From Paraspadella gotoi (Eukaryota; Animalia; Chaetognatha): a stretch of 64,000 nucleotides of DNA. The translations under genes were made by a program, and so were the position numbers. The notes under the pieces were generated by a model that searched no databases, was not told the origin of the DNA, and worked only from the letters and a program-made list of their open reading frames with translations. Below, one piece after another: positions 15,001 through 27,400 of this stretch (positions are counted from its first letter, which is position 1; each line of letters starts with the position of its first letter). The stretch spans positions 11,161,818 to 11,225,817 of the forward strand of contig CM119265.1 of assembly GCA_051294375.1 (NCBI GenBank). Reading direction: 5' to 3'.

Positions 15001-18000
15001 AATCAAACACCAGTCACGGTAGATCAGTGATAAGCAAAGTGATAATAAGGTTTGCACTAATAAACAAAATTTTTATTACTTGCTTTTTCTTTATTTGTCC
15101 TAGATGAAGATTCAGGGTTTTCGCTCATATTATTTTATTACCTCTGCGACTGCCTTTCAAAAATGGATACCATCAACCAGGATACCAAACAGATCAGATT
15201 TTTTAAAATTTAAATGAAATGAAAAGAAATAAAACAAAGGAATTCTCTTCTTTTTTTTTTTAGACGAGTTTCACGTAGAAAGCTCCAAGTTTTAATCTTC
15301 TCAGGGAATCACCGTCTAATTGAGTCTACTACCAAGGAAGTATCGATAATATGTAGCAGTATGGCAACAGCCGGGTTGCCTGTGATGCCTGTTGGACATA
15401 AACTCTCGTCGTGGTCCGTCGACCTTATTTAGCCTTTTGTAAAACTGTTTAAAAATATAAACAATCGATATTTATTTATAACAATACAGTTCATTATTTT
15501 TCAATGCTTTGATTAATCATGATTCTATTTCATACAGATCGCATTAATGTTAGTTGGCCATGCGTCGGGGTTTTTTTTATATATATGGTTATTGGTTTAT
15601 GCGTTTCATGTTATTTGAATAGTGGCTAGGCCGAGCTTACCTGAGAGATCATTGCTGTTTCTATCGTTAACCGATGCTTACCTTTTGCTTACCCCCAGTT
15701 CTTGATTTCTAAAGACTCATTAAATCCTACGATATAGATACTCTCAGAAGGGTGAGCGACCAACGGAAAACCCCGCTCATCACTTGGTGCATCGTCCAGT
15801 TCACTTTTTGTGTCAGAATCCCGGGAATATCCCCCCCCCCTCGTCCACACCTTGTTTGGTGCGGATGCTTCGTCACCTTAAGTCTGTCAGGTGATTCTGA
15901 GGCACTTCCGAGGAGGTACCCACCATAAATTCCATCAGCAGTTCTGTTCAATTTTATCGGCCCATTCTCTTTAGGGTTTTGAACAGCATCTGTGAAGACG
16001 ACGGTTCTTTTCATCATTTTCATCTGCAGATGCTCTAGCGACAATCTGGAGTGCTTTTAGCTGATTCTTGTAGTTGAGTGCTTTGGTCATCTGGTTCATG
16101 TTGATCCATTCACGAACAGTCATTACCTTTGGTAGCTCGTTTCGGCTGATGCCTATGCCTGGGTAACCTGCGACGCTTGGCTATCGTGTTCTCACTTGAT
16201 CGCACCAACCGGAAGAGCTTGAGTTATACCGTTGACTCATATCATCTGCTGTCTTTTGAAGTCGGAGGTAGAAACGTGCTATGCTGTCTATCCTCATGTG
16301 GCACGACTCCGTCACATGGCCGTAAGTCCGCCTCTGCGGCATTTTGTGGCGCACCCCAATATCCCCCCTAATAGTGTCCTAGGCAGTCCTTACCTTTTTC
16401 AATCAAACAGTCTTCGTTTTATTCTGCGTCAGAGCCTGTTCTTACTTCTTGTGGGTACAAGTAGACGGAGAGTGCTAGATCAACTCCTGGCGGATCGTGA
16501 CCCCCCTGATTTAGCTCGACGTGTAATCAACTTAGCCTATTGATAACCTTTACTCTCGTTTCGTTTGGATTCTGGATTGAGTTTGGTCGACCTTTGTTTT
16601 GAAACCCCGACGATGTGCTATTGTGAAGAACTTTAACTTTTCTCCAAAATTTGCTTTCAAAAACTTTTTCGTGGATATTCCAACTTTTAATTTTATTTCG
16701 GTTGACGTCTACGTTTTTCAGACCCTTGCCTCCTCCGTTATTTTAGCGGTAGAGGGAAGCCCTTGCCCCCTCAACTGGCATATAAATCCCCCCCTCCCTC
16801 CAATCCTTCCTTGTGTGATCTATGTTGGGAAAAGCCTGATCTTTTACGAGATGGCTGTGTCCCAAATGGACCGTGCTGCTTCCACTATTGGAGTAGAAAC
16901 CTTCAATTGAATGCGCCAGCCAGACAAATATACAAGCAAAAGACTAAAGGGAATTATCCTGAGCTAAAAATAGAGTTGATTGGCTTGTTTGTGATCCTCA
17001 GGACACATACAACTTTTTGGCAAAAAAAAGATCATAAAATGGGATGGTGAAGAATCGTTCCATGCTCTAGCTTCCCGTGTCATTACCTTTGTGAATAAAC
17101 ATGATAAAATTTCAAATGAAGAAACAAAAAAGCGCGAGTATTTCTTTACTTTTCGCGCTGCTTTGGAAAAGCCTTACTGCAACGCGATTGATCTCGGTTG
17201 TGGACTGGAGAAGCGAACGATTAGGGCATGCGAAACAAGTTGCGCAGATGTTCCACATGATTCAAGTAGAAGATGATGACAAAATGGCAAAGGATTCAAA
17301 ATCGGTGGCTTTCACTGGCGCTGCGATGGAGGATGACCGTATACGGATCTTAGAGAATGCCGTTAGTGAGTTAACTGTTCAAGTTGAAATTTTAACTCCG
17401 ATTTCAGGGATGAACGTGATGGTAGTTACTGTAATGACCATCGTTATGATAGTCCTTACCGTTCTCATGATAGTCGCAGTTTCGGCGATAGAGGTATATT
17501 ACCGAGACGATTCAAGGAGAGATGATCGCTACCGAATCATCCCAGACAGATGATGAGGAGAGCGATTTTAGTGAGGGCGAGTTAGAGGTCCTCCGTCTAT
17601 ATCGCGAACAGCGTGATGCGATAAAGCTTGCAATAGCTCGTCTTCTCGTCGGCGGAGATCTGACAATACCCCAAACTAAATGGCTTTGCCAGGGTGCATG
17701 CGAGGTCACAAGGTAGGCATGTCCCGAATTTAACAATTTAAAACCTAAGTCGAAGGCCGAGTTTCATACGAGAGTGGGTAATAAGAAGTTAGCTGTTGTT
17801 ATAGTTGAAAGCTAAATTTTTTTAGGCGATGCACTCCTTCATTAAAAAGTAAATTTAGGCCCCTCTCATTCATTGGTACAGCAATTAATGGAACTCAGGT
17901 GTTAACTATAGGTATTGTAAATATTAAATTTCGCATATCAATTGTAGGGTAGTTCAACCTTTGACTGGGATTTCTCGTTTTCTTTGTAAATATAAGGCCT

Positions 18001-21000
18001 TTTTTTAAACCCAGTGGAAGATAAACTAAAGTTTTTTAGGAGTTTCCTCTACACCCTTGATTGAATATTCCCATAAATTATTTGGTTACTTCTATTGTAT
18101 CCCTTGAAGAAGATGTTGTCCCTTCCAATTCGAAGATGCATTTGGATGTTGAGCTTATGCTTGATGGAGATCAATCGAAGCTCACTCTAATACAGTTATG
18201 ACAGATCCATTTCTCAACGAAATTATGAATCTCAGTGAACATAGTCACAAGACCAAGGCTGGTTATGTCTAGGGCGACACTGAATTCACAGATGAGTCAT
18301 TGGGCGTTTTTGCATTGGAGATGGACAAGTTTCGTTCACTTGTGAATTACGATGCAGGTTATGAGACGGACGTTCCGGCAGGTTCGGTCGGTTCCGATGT
18401 CAAAGATGCGATTGATTCTCAAAGACCCTTAACCCTCTACATCTAAACCTTCTTTCATAGTCCTGAAACCCTGGATGCATCACAAGAATCTGGAGGTCCT
18501 CCCAGTTGTGATAGTGGTCCTTCAGATGTACTGGCGAGTTAACTGTCAGACCTTTTTTTGGTGATCCAGCTACCATTAAGTAAAATCTGAATCAGGATCT
18601 GAGAGAATTATAAATCCTCTTTAGAAAAGACGTCGGTAATTCTTCAGTGATGTTACAGAGAGGCTACAGACCCAGCTATTATATTATAGCTAAAAGCTAT
18701 TTGTCCTGTATATAATATTGCCTGTTAGTCTAGTTCTTACAGTAAATAACTTTATCACTGATACATCTTTTATTTATTTTATACCTCTTTTATCCATAAA
18801 ATTTTTAATGTTACAAAATACCCAGTGAAAATGGATTGATTTCTTGATTTTATGGCACATTTTTATTTTTTTTACTTTCTTTAACACATAATCTTTTCTG
18901 AGTCATGACATTGTTCAGTTTTCTTAGCAGTTCAATTAGTATATATGTGAGTGAGATTGGGAACGTTTGTAGCTTGAATGAATAATTGTACTTGCTAGCA
19001 CTATCATTGTTAAGACTCTTCTTATAGCTCGACGTGCAAGCTAATGTTGAAATCATAATCCTTCTTTATAGCTCATTGGGTTAAACCATTCTCATTTGTC
19101 TTAGAATTTTATTATTCAATATTATTTTGAGGAAAGCAAAAAAAAAAAATTAGTTACAGGATTGCATCTTTTAAATTATTATACTGCTAGTTATATATAA
19201 GCATTTCGTTTGATGATCAATTAAATGGCTATCCCCTATCTGCCTCCTCTGCTGTGTGAAGGCATGGAGCAGTCATAGGAACTTGATACGAAGAGAGCGC
19301 GTTCGCGTCATCGTTGTCGACTCCTATCTGCAGGATTTGGATGTTGACATTTGCAACCTTCCCCCTCATCGTGGTTCCAAAAAAGAGAACGAAAATGACG
19401 GATGGAGACCGTTATGAAAATTATGAGTACGAACCTGAGCGACGCAAAATTTGTCTGGAACAATTCATTGGGAAAAGTGTCCAGAAGGACGTTGATTCCA
19501 TCGCTAATTTCTCAGAGTTCCGTTTGCGGATTGCAAAAAGATCAAATACATTGACATCGCGAGCATGTATGGTTTTTGTTATAACCACTTAGAGGCCCCT
19601 TCCCTTTGTTGGATCGGGATTCCTCAATGTCCTTTTTCGGCGTTTGGGATCCCTTCCCTCAAATACCTCCATCATTTCGTCAAAAACCACTACATTCTCG
19701 ATAAAATATTTTTCCATCATAATCATCTTGCGGATTCCGATGAGAACAAATCCTTAGTTAAGCCTCCTCAAATTTGCTATGCAGCGCTGGATGCACTCGT
19801 CAGTCTGCAGACAGCGCTCAAGCTTTCAAACAAATATATTGTCCTTCTCTAAACTCTATTGTTCACGCTATGACCAATCCGCCATTGGCGATCAGGAGAA
19901 GAGCAATATTGGCGACTAAAGAAAATTGTGACGCCAGACTCAACGTCAATACAACTTATTTCAGACGCCCCAGCCCCCCCCCAAATACCCTCCTCCTGCT
20001 CTCTCTGCCCTAATCTCCCACCTCGTCCAGCCCACCTCCTTTCCTCATGTCGATATCCATCCCCCCTTATTCTCGTGAAACTTCCTTGGAGCAGCTCCAG
20101 CTCCCTGGCTCTACTTCAAACGACAAAGATCACTTAAAAAACATTTGCGTGCAATTGTGTCAATTTCTAACAGAAAAATGTAAGCGTAATCACGCTACGG
20201 CAAGGGATTTCAACGCCAACAATCGCAACGATTTTGTTTGTTCTATTCTTCGATGGCGGCTTCGGACGTGGTCGCCTTCATGCGTTGTGCCAACTTCAGT
20301 TTTTCTGTGTTCCACCTTTATTCTTTTGGACTTTTTGCGTCACCCATGGGACGCGATGCGGCATGAAGACTCATCCTTCCCTCACCTCTCTCTTGATTAA
20401 AGCTCCTGCTGGAAAGAGTAGAGTGTATGGCGACACAACAGCAATTTTGAGCCCAAATGTTACTCCCCTTCAATACCTGCCTCCACAGTCTCGTTCCAGA
20501 CTGCGGAGAGGACACCATAAGTGAGGAGGAGTGACATTTTCGATTCTCAGCGCTTTCTCATGTCCCTCTAAAGAATATTGGCGCCAAAGAAACTAATTTT
20601 CTCACATTTCGTGTCGAACGGCGCATCTTCCATTATTCTCCAGTCTTCACTCGCCGAGTATGGCATGACCAATATATTCACAAAATTAAGCATAAACTCT
20701 GTATTCACGTTTCAAAGTAAATGGATCCAAGAGTTCTTCGATTGTCAACTTTCACTAGTCTCCTTACAATGTTCTCGACGCCGCGGACACATGCATATCT
20801 TGCGGCCTTGTTCCGACGGTATGATTCATTGGCGGAATTTGTTACCAAGGGAAAATTCTGCCATCGTGCCTCCACTTCAGCGGGGAAGTCGTTCCTTCGC
20901 TGCAAGCGCTTTGTCAACGGGCGATATTTGTATCGCTTGTTTAGGAGTTTTGCGACAGGTGTTTTTGATTCGTTCCACGCTATTGAGAGAAAAAGAAGAC

Positions 21001-24000
21001 GCGAAGACTCTCTTGAAAGGTCCCAATTCAAAAACGACACTGAGCGGGGACGCTCAGATTTTATAAAGGGGAAAGTATCTGTTGGACATAAACTCTCCGT
21101 CGTGGTCCGTCGACCTTATTTACCTTTTGTAAAGTCTTTAAAAATATAAACAATCGATATTTATTTATAAACAATACAGTTCATTGTTATTTCAATGCTT
21201 TGATTAATCATGATTCTATTTCATACAGATCGCATTAATGTTAGTTGGCCATCGTCGGGGTTTTTTTATATATATATATGGTTATTGGTTTATGCGTTTC
21301 ATGTTATTTGAATAAGTGGCTAGGCGCGAGCTTACCTGAGAGATCATTGCTGTTTCTATCGTTAACCGGATGCTTACCTTTTGCTTACCCCAGTTCTTGA
21401 TTTCTAAAGACTCATTAAATCCTACGATATAGATACTCTCAGAAGGGTGAGCGACCAACGGAAAAACCCCGCTCATCATGCCCATTGGGATGGGGCATCT
21501 CACTGTTGGCTTTGGGGCTTCCGACCTCAGTGACGCCGCACCCAGTCACTGGCGCGGTTACCTAGGACGGTCTCGCTTTGCCAACGCAGAGGGAAGTCGT
21601 TAGGAGCTGTGGATGGAACACTACGCCTGGATGGTGTGTTCCCCCTCTGAGCCAATGGATTTGGCTGACGGATGGTTGGAAGCGTAGAGGCGGTGTGAAT
21701 ATACCGCCACAACAGGAAAATTTCAATTTAGAAAACGTGATTAATATTTCATTTAACCCAAACTTGAACATTTTTAGTGGAATGAAAAAGAACTTTCAAT
21801 AGCTAATAAACAATTTTTAATCTTTGTTATCAGATTATTGATTCATCTGAAAAGAGGAAAACACTGCAGTCGATTAATATATGTTAAGAAAAATATTGCC
21901 TTGCGTAGGTATTAATACAAAGAAAAAACTTATTTAGTAATTGACCGATGTAATTGAACTCGTATTTGTTTATGAATAAAGATCAACCTTTATTTATTTA
22001 ATGTGGGGTTCTAGTTGGTTGGCGACTTCGCCATGGCGATATCGCCAGGGCTTTGGCGATGTCGCCAGTCCCCCCACTGGCGACCTCGCCAGTGATAAAA
22101 GTAGCGAATATAATGAAAAGCGCAGCTAACACGGGGATGAACATCACCTACAGGCTTCTCTCCCAACCCTAAACCAAACCTCCCGTTCAACTCTGTGCCT
22201 CTCCCCTAACCCTAACCCGGGCCTGGGCCTCCCGTACATATCCGTGCCTCAACCCTAACCCTAACCGCCTTCGATGCATCAACCACGGGCCCCTCCCCCA
22301 ACCCTAAACCAAGCCTCCCGTTCAACTCCATGCCTCTCCCATAACCCTAACCCAGGCCCTTAGTAGTTAAGAGGGACGAGGCGCTTAACCCGCCTGTAAC
22401 ACGGTGTTACAACCTGATCCGAAGCTCAGGGACTGCTTATATTGAACGGTTTGTCAATAACTCATAACAATTATTACTGTCTCTTAAAAAGTAAATTTTA
22501 ATAAAAATTAAACCATAACAGTAACTTACGCGAACCTTACCTGCTTACTTCAAAATTTTTTAAACAAAATGCAATGTATACCCTGCCAGAATCATTATTA
22601 TACCAATTTGCTGTATAAAAAAAGCATTATATCAAATAATTTTAAAAAGATTAATATATCATCTAAATACTAAGAGTGAAGAGGCTGGTTTTACAGGGCG
22701 CCAAACCCGCAGCGGTGTCACCTCGTGGCGACAGCGAGACAGCATGTTTATGTAGTCCAGAGCTTTGGATCTGGCAGTAGGCCCATGCCTACAGGCGGGT
22801 TACCCGGGCCATCCCACTTTCTACATGACAACCTCAGGGCTCGAACCAGGGACGCACATTGGGATGGTGCATTAGTCCACTGAGCCACTGAGGTGCTGCG
22901 AAAGAAACAGCTTTAATCCATCTGTGGTGATAGGACCACCAGAAGAGACTATTATACAAATATTTATTCATATTTTAAAATCATTAAGAGTTTTAGTTAA
23001 AGGGGCACTTTTTGGCATAATGTATAGTTTTATGGTGACCTAAATCATCAGCGGCCAAGGAAAAAGGAGCAACCGAGTTATTGATTATCTGGATTTTACA
23101 ATAACACGGGTCACAAACAAAGCGTTTAAGACGAAAATGAAGTTTTTTAAAAAGTTGAACAATGGTAAAATCGCGAGGAGTTCTCTCAAAATATTTAAAA
23201 AATAAAATAAATAAAGTATACCAGTCATGATTCAACGACAATTTGCCATGTCGTTTTTAAATGAGCCATTGGTCCGTTAAAAGTCGCTGTCTTTAGTCCT
23301 TTGTTGCTTCGACAACAAAAGAACATACTCAAAAGCCATGGCTCGCGACCAGAATGCTCGTAACAAAGAATATATAATTTTTAATATATACATATATATA
23401 TAAGATATATATAAGATATAATTTAAAAAAGTCCATTCAAAAAAGTTCAGCGGGAAAGATGTTTCAAAATAAACGAGCCACAAAAATCCTCTTTCGCAAA
23501 CCGCGGTTGCTCGTCGCAAAGCCATGGCTTTCGGATTTGGATTTGCGGTATAGTAAATTATGCGCATTTGGGTCAAATATAAAATGTAAAACGAAACAAA
23601 AGCCTTTTGTTTTCTTCGGATTTATTTTAACGTTTAGAAAATTGATCCCGCGCTCCCCCCAAAAAAAAACACACTGGGCTTTCTTCCAGTGTATTCAAAA
23701 TAAACATTTATTGACGGCTTGAGGTCGGATTTAAAGGTTAAAAAAGTTGTTTATTTGATTACCAAAACAAGCAATCGAGCATAAATTTTTGTTTTCATTT
23801 TTTCAGTCAGGTGCTTGGAGGAGACAAAATGCTTTTTATATATAAAGTCAAAGTGATCTTTTGTTGAGTACAATTAAAGAACGAGCTGGTCTTTGGAGAG
23901 GAAGATTGGAAGGGGTTTAACCAATCTATTTAAAATGCATTTTAATACATGAAAAGGTTAAAATAAAGCTCGCGCTCCCCATTCATGTTCTTCCCAAGAA

Positions 24001-24416
24001 CCTACGCTTTCCGAATATACCCATATTGTCCCACTTTATTAAGTGCTTGACCATGGAATTTTAAAAATAATCGATCTCTAGCAAAAACCTGATCGCCCCT
24101 TCGACTCGAACGACTTGCATCCCCATTTAATGTAATCAACGACCAAGCCAGCCCGAGCGCGAGTCTCGTGTCTCGTCAGCCACGCATTCATCCTCCTCTT
24201 CCTCCTCCCAGCACCCAGGGCTCGAGGCTCACCCAGTTTTCACTTCTTCGACTGATAGGGGGAGTAAAAAAAACTAATTTAAAGTTTGTAAATTTTCTTT
24301 CTGTTTAAACTTTTTAGTTCAGAGAATTACAGCAATTTTTGTTAAAACAATTTCTTTGAACATGAAAAATTGTGAGCCTTTATCAGCGCGAAATAAATTG
24401 TAAAAAAAATTGTACT

Positions 24417-24447
<31 letters not shown>

Positions 24448-27400
24448 AGATAGACAAGAAAAGTTTCCAACAAAGAATTTTCGAGAGTGAGAATATATAC
24501 TTGTATCTCTCTATCTCTCTCTCTCTCTCTTTCTTTCTTTCTCACTCTCATTAAAAAATTTTTCATAATTTATTTCAGGTTGAGAAAGGCTCATAATATG
24601 TAGTTGTAGGTTGTAGGTCCGTCGGTCACATCCGAAAATCATCTTGTCGGTAAACAATTTTTAGTTCGATCTGCTTATCAGCAGATCACGACTTTATAAT
24701 CCGCTTTGTCGGTCCGTCGGTGGATGGGGCGATTGACTTGAAATTTTGTATTTGCGTAGTAAAGTGTGTGATTGAGCTGGAAATCAAGTTTCGATGGAAT
24801 CGTTTGAGTGGAAATGAGTTTAAATGGAAAAAAACAAAAAACCTGTTTCACTAATTGATTATGCTTCTTTTTTCCTTTTATTAGACGAGAATCTCGCTTA
24901 AAAAAAATTCAATTTTTCTAATAGAGATTTCCGTTAAAATCTGACTACCCAAATTGCAAACGAGATTGCTAGAAATTTGGGTAAAAAACAGTTGTAAAAA
25001 CACACGATTCCAGGGGAAATGCACTAGTCATTTCCAGAGAATTTTCAAACCTTGTTTTTACTATAGAAATGAACGGGAAATTGTAAACGGGGCTAGGGTA
25101 TGTTAACATTATAAATATTACTTTGAATTATGAGATTTAGAAAGCCTCTTGTCTCAAGAGCTTGCCAAATTTTTCTTTTCATTATTGACCAAACTCTTCA
25201 TAGTAAACCAACGTGGTAAAGTCCATTGGTCTGGTTTGACAACATGAAATTTTTATTTAATAAGAAATTAAAAGGAAGGTTGAAAGAAAAAACTGACTTT
25301 TCCTGATATCTTTTGAAGAAAAAAAGATACAGGGATGGCAATAGTACCAAAATGAAGCCATAATCATTGGGCACACACAAGTTACAATATTAGAATTATT
25401 TTTGCTGAAACCTCTTTACAGGGTGAGTGTCAAACTAAGTCAAAATTATAATGAATTTTAAAACTAATGAAACCCCATAAAAATAAATGAAAATTAAATT
25501 CTTTTTATTGATTCTGAAAGAAAAAAGGCTAAATTGTACTCTAGTAAAACTTTAAAGTTTTTTGGATAAAGAAAATATAATTTTTATTTAACTTAAATAT
25601 TTGTTTGACTGATATTACAAGCATGCTTACAAAATTCTACAAAATATTATTCACCCCATCAGAGCCTAAGTATTTATCTTTCATTTCCACCAGCAAAAAG
25701 TAAACATTATTTTATGCTAGAGAACAGGGATGTTTACTGAAATGAGCCGGAAGACATTCAACTTCTTCACTTTACTGTCATTTTTCAATAATAAAATAGG
25801 CGAATTTTTTAATTATTTAACTCTCACAGGCTTCACAAGACATTATACTTTCATAATATTATAAGGTTAATGTAATTCATTATATTTTTTTACCCAGAAA
25901 TTATAAAATAATAGAAAGTTATAGATTCCTTTTGTTCGTTTAAGGAAAAAAAATTAACTAGCGGAATTAAAGTTTGTAAGAGGAAGTAAGAATCGGCGAA
26001 AATCTTAAAAGGGGAAAATGTTGAAAAAAGGGAGAGGATTTTGGTTGTTTTTGATCGATTTCTTTTAAACCCATGGGCCAATTTAGACATAACTTAAGAT
26101 TTACATTATTCCAGTCATTCTTTATCCAAAAATATAAAAACATTATGAAAAAAGGTTTGGGATCGAGTTTAGGAATTTGGTTCTACTTTTATATTAAATG
26201 TAAATGAAGGATGTATTAATAAATCAAATAATCAGTTAATTAATCAATTAGTCAATTAATTAATCAATAATTAATTAGTCAATCCGTCCATCCGTCCCAT
26301 CTTAGCAAAAAGCTCCAATAACTTGTGATTGGCTGGAATGAAATTGGAATTGGATTGGAATGAAATTTTGTGTGTGGGTAGGACAGTGTGAGATGAAGTT
26401 GGATATAAAGTTTCGATGGAATCGTGCGAGTGGAAATGAGTTTAAATGGAAAAAACATAAGTTGCATTTACTAAAATCGTTTTACTTATTTTAACCAATA
26501 AATACTCTAATTAGGAGTCTACGTCGTTCTTAGAAATCGAGGAAGACTTTTTCAATGGAGATTTTCGTTAAAATCTGACTACCAAATAATGTCAACGCCC
26601 CTGGGAAAAATTCGGGTAAAAAATAGATGTAAAAACACTCGATTCCGATCCTGTTGCATCTGAAGGGCTCGCATTTTTTTTCTCTTGACAAATAACCATT
26701 ATTTTGACATCGAACCATTCGATTCAAATGGTCTGGTCCGCTCGGGAAAATATTTTTGACCCAATTTTTATATATAAAATAATGGGATTTCTCAACTTCA
26801 ATACAATGTCAACGCATTTAAGGTATGTTGTCATTTTACAATAAACTTCGAATTCAGGAATCCGATAGCAATATGTCTGAAGGGCTCTCAAAATTTTTCT
26901 TTACATTTCATTTGGTTATTTTAATATGATACGATCATGTTAAAGTGAATTAGTTCATTTTGCTGAAATTTTTATTTAAAGTAAAAGTAAAGAGGAGCTA
27001 ACAATCGGAATTCTAAGAGTTTTCAACTGGGAGTCAGATTCGGGAAAAAATCTTATATGGCGAAAATCTTCCAAAGAAGGGGTGATTTTCCGAAGATTTT
27101 GGTTAATATTTTCTATATTTATGGTCGGATTTTTTTGAAACTTAAAAATAGCAATATTGCCATCATTCTACATTGGCCGGTCAAAGAATATATTAAAAAA
27201 ACCTCTGACTTTTTCGTCAGAGCTTAGTCCTACTCTAATTAATCATAATTGGATGGATAGATTTAGTTGAAATTTTGTGTGTGGGTAGGAAAGTGTGTGA
27301 CGAAGCTTGATACAAAGTTTCGGTGGAAACGTACGAGTGAAAATGAGTTTAAAAAAAAAATATGAGTCATATTTACTTGAATCTTTTTGTTTCACGATCT

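Larger units (their letters stand above)
15390..21478 (+). mobile_element. Non-autonomous gypsy-like LTR retrotransposon in TUBGCP3 intron 8 (antisense to host gene)
   Basis: Near-identical LTRs 15390-15782 and 21080-21478 with TG...CA ends; 4-bp TSD TGCC (15386-15389, 21479-21482); PBS TGGTGCATCG at 15785 (tRNA-Gly-like 3' end); polypurine tract AAAGGGGAAAG before the 3' LTR. Confidence 0.92.

Noticed and set aside
22160-22355. Telomere or telomere-fusion site
   Set aside because: Only scattered CCCTAA units within a duplicated repeat unit, no pure array
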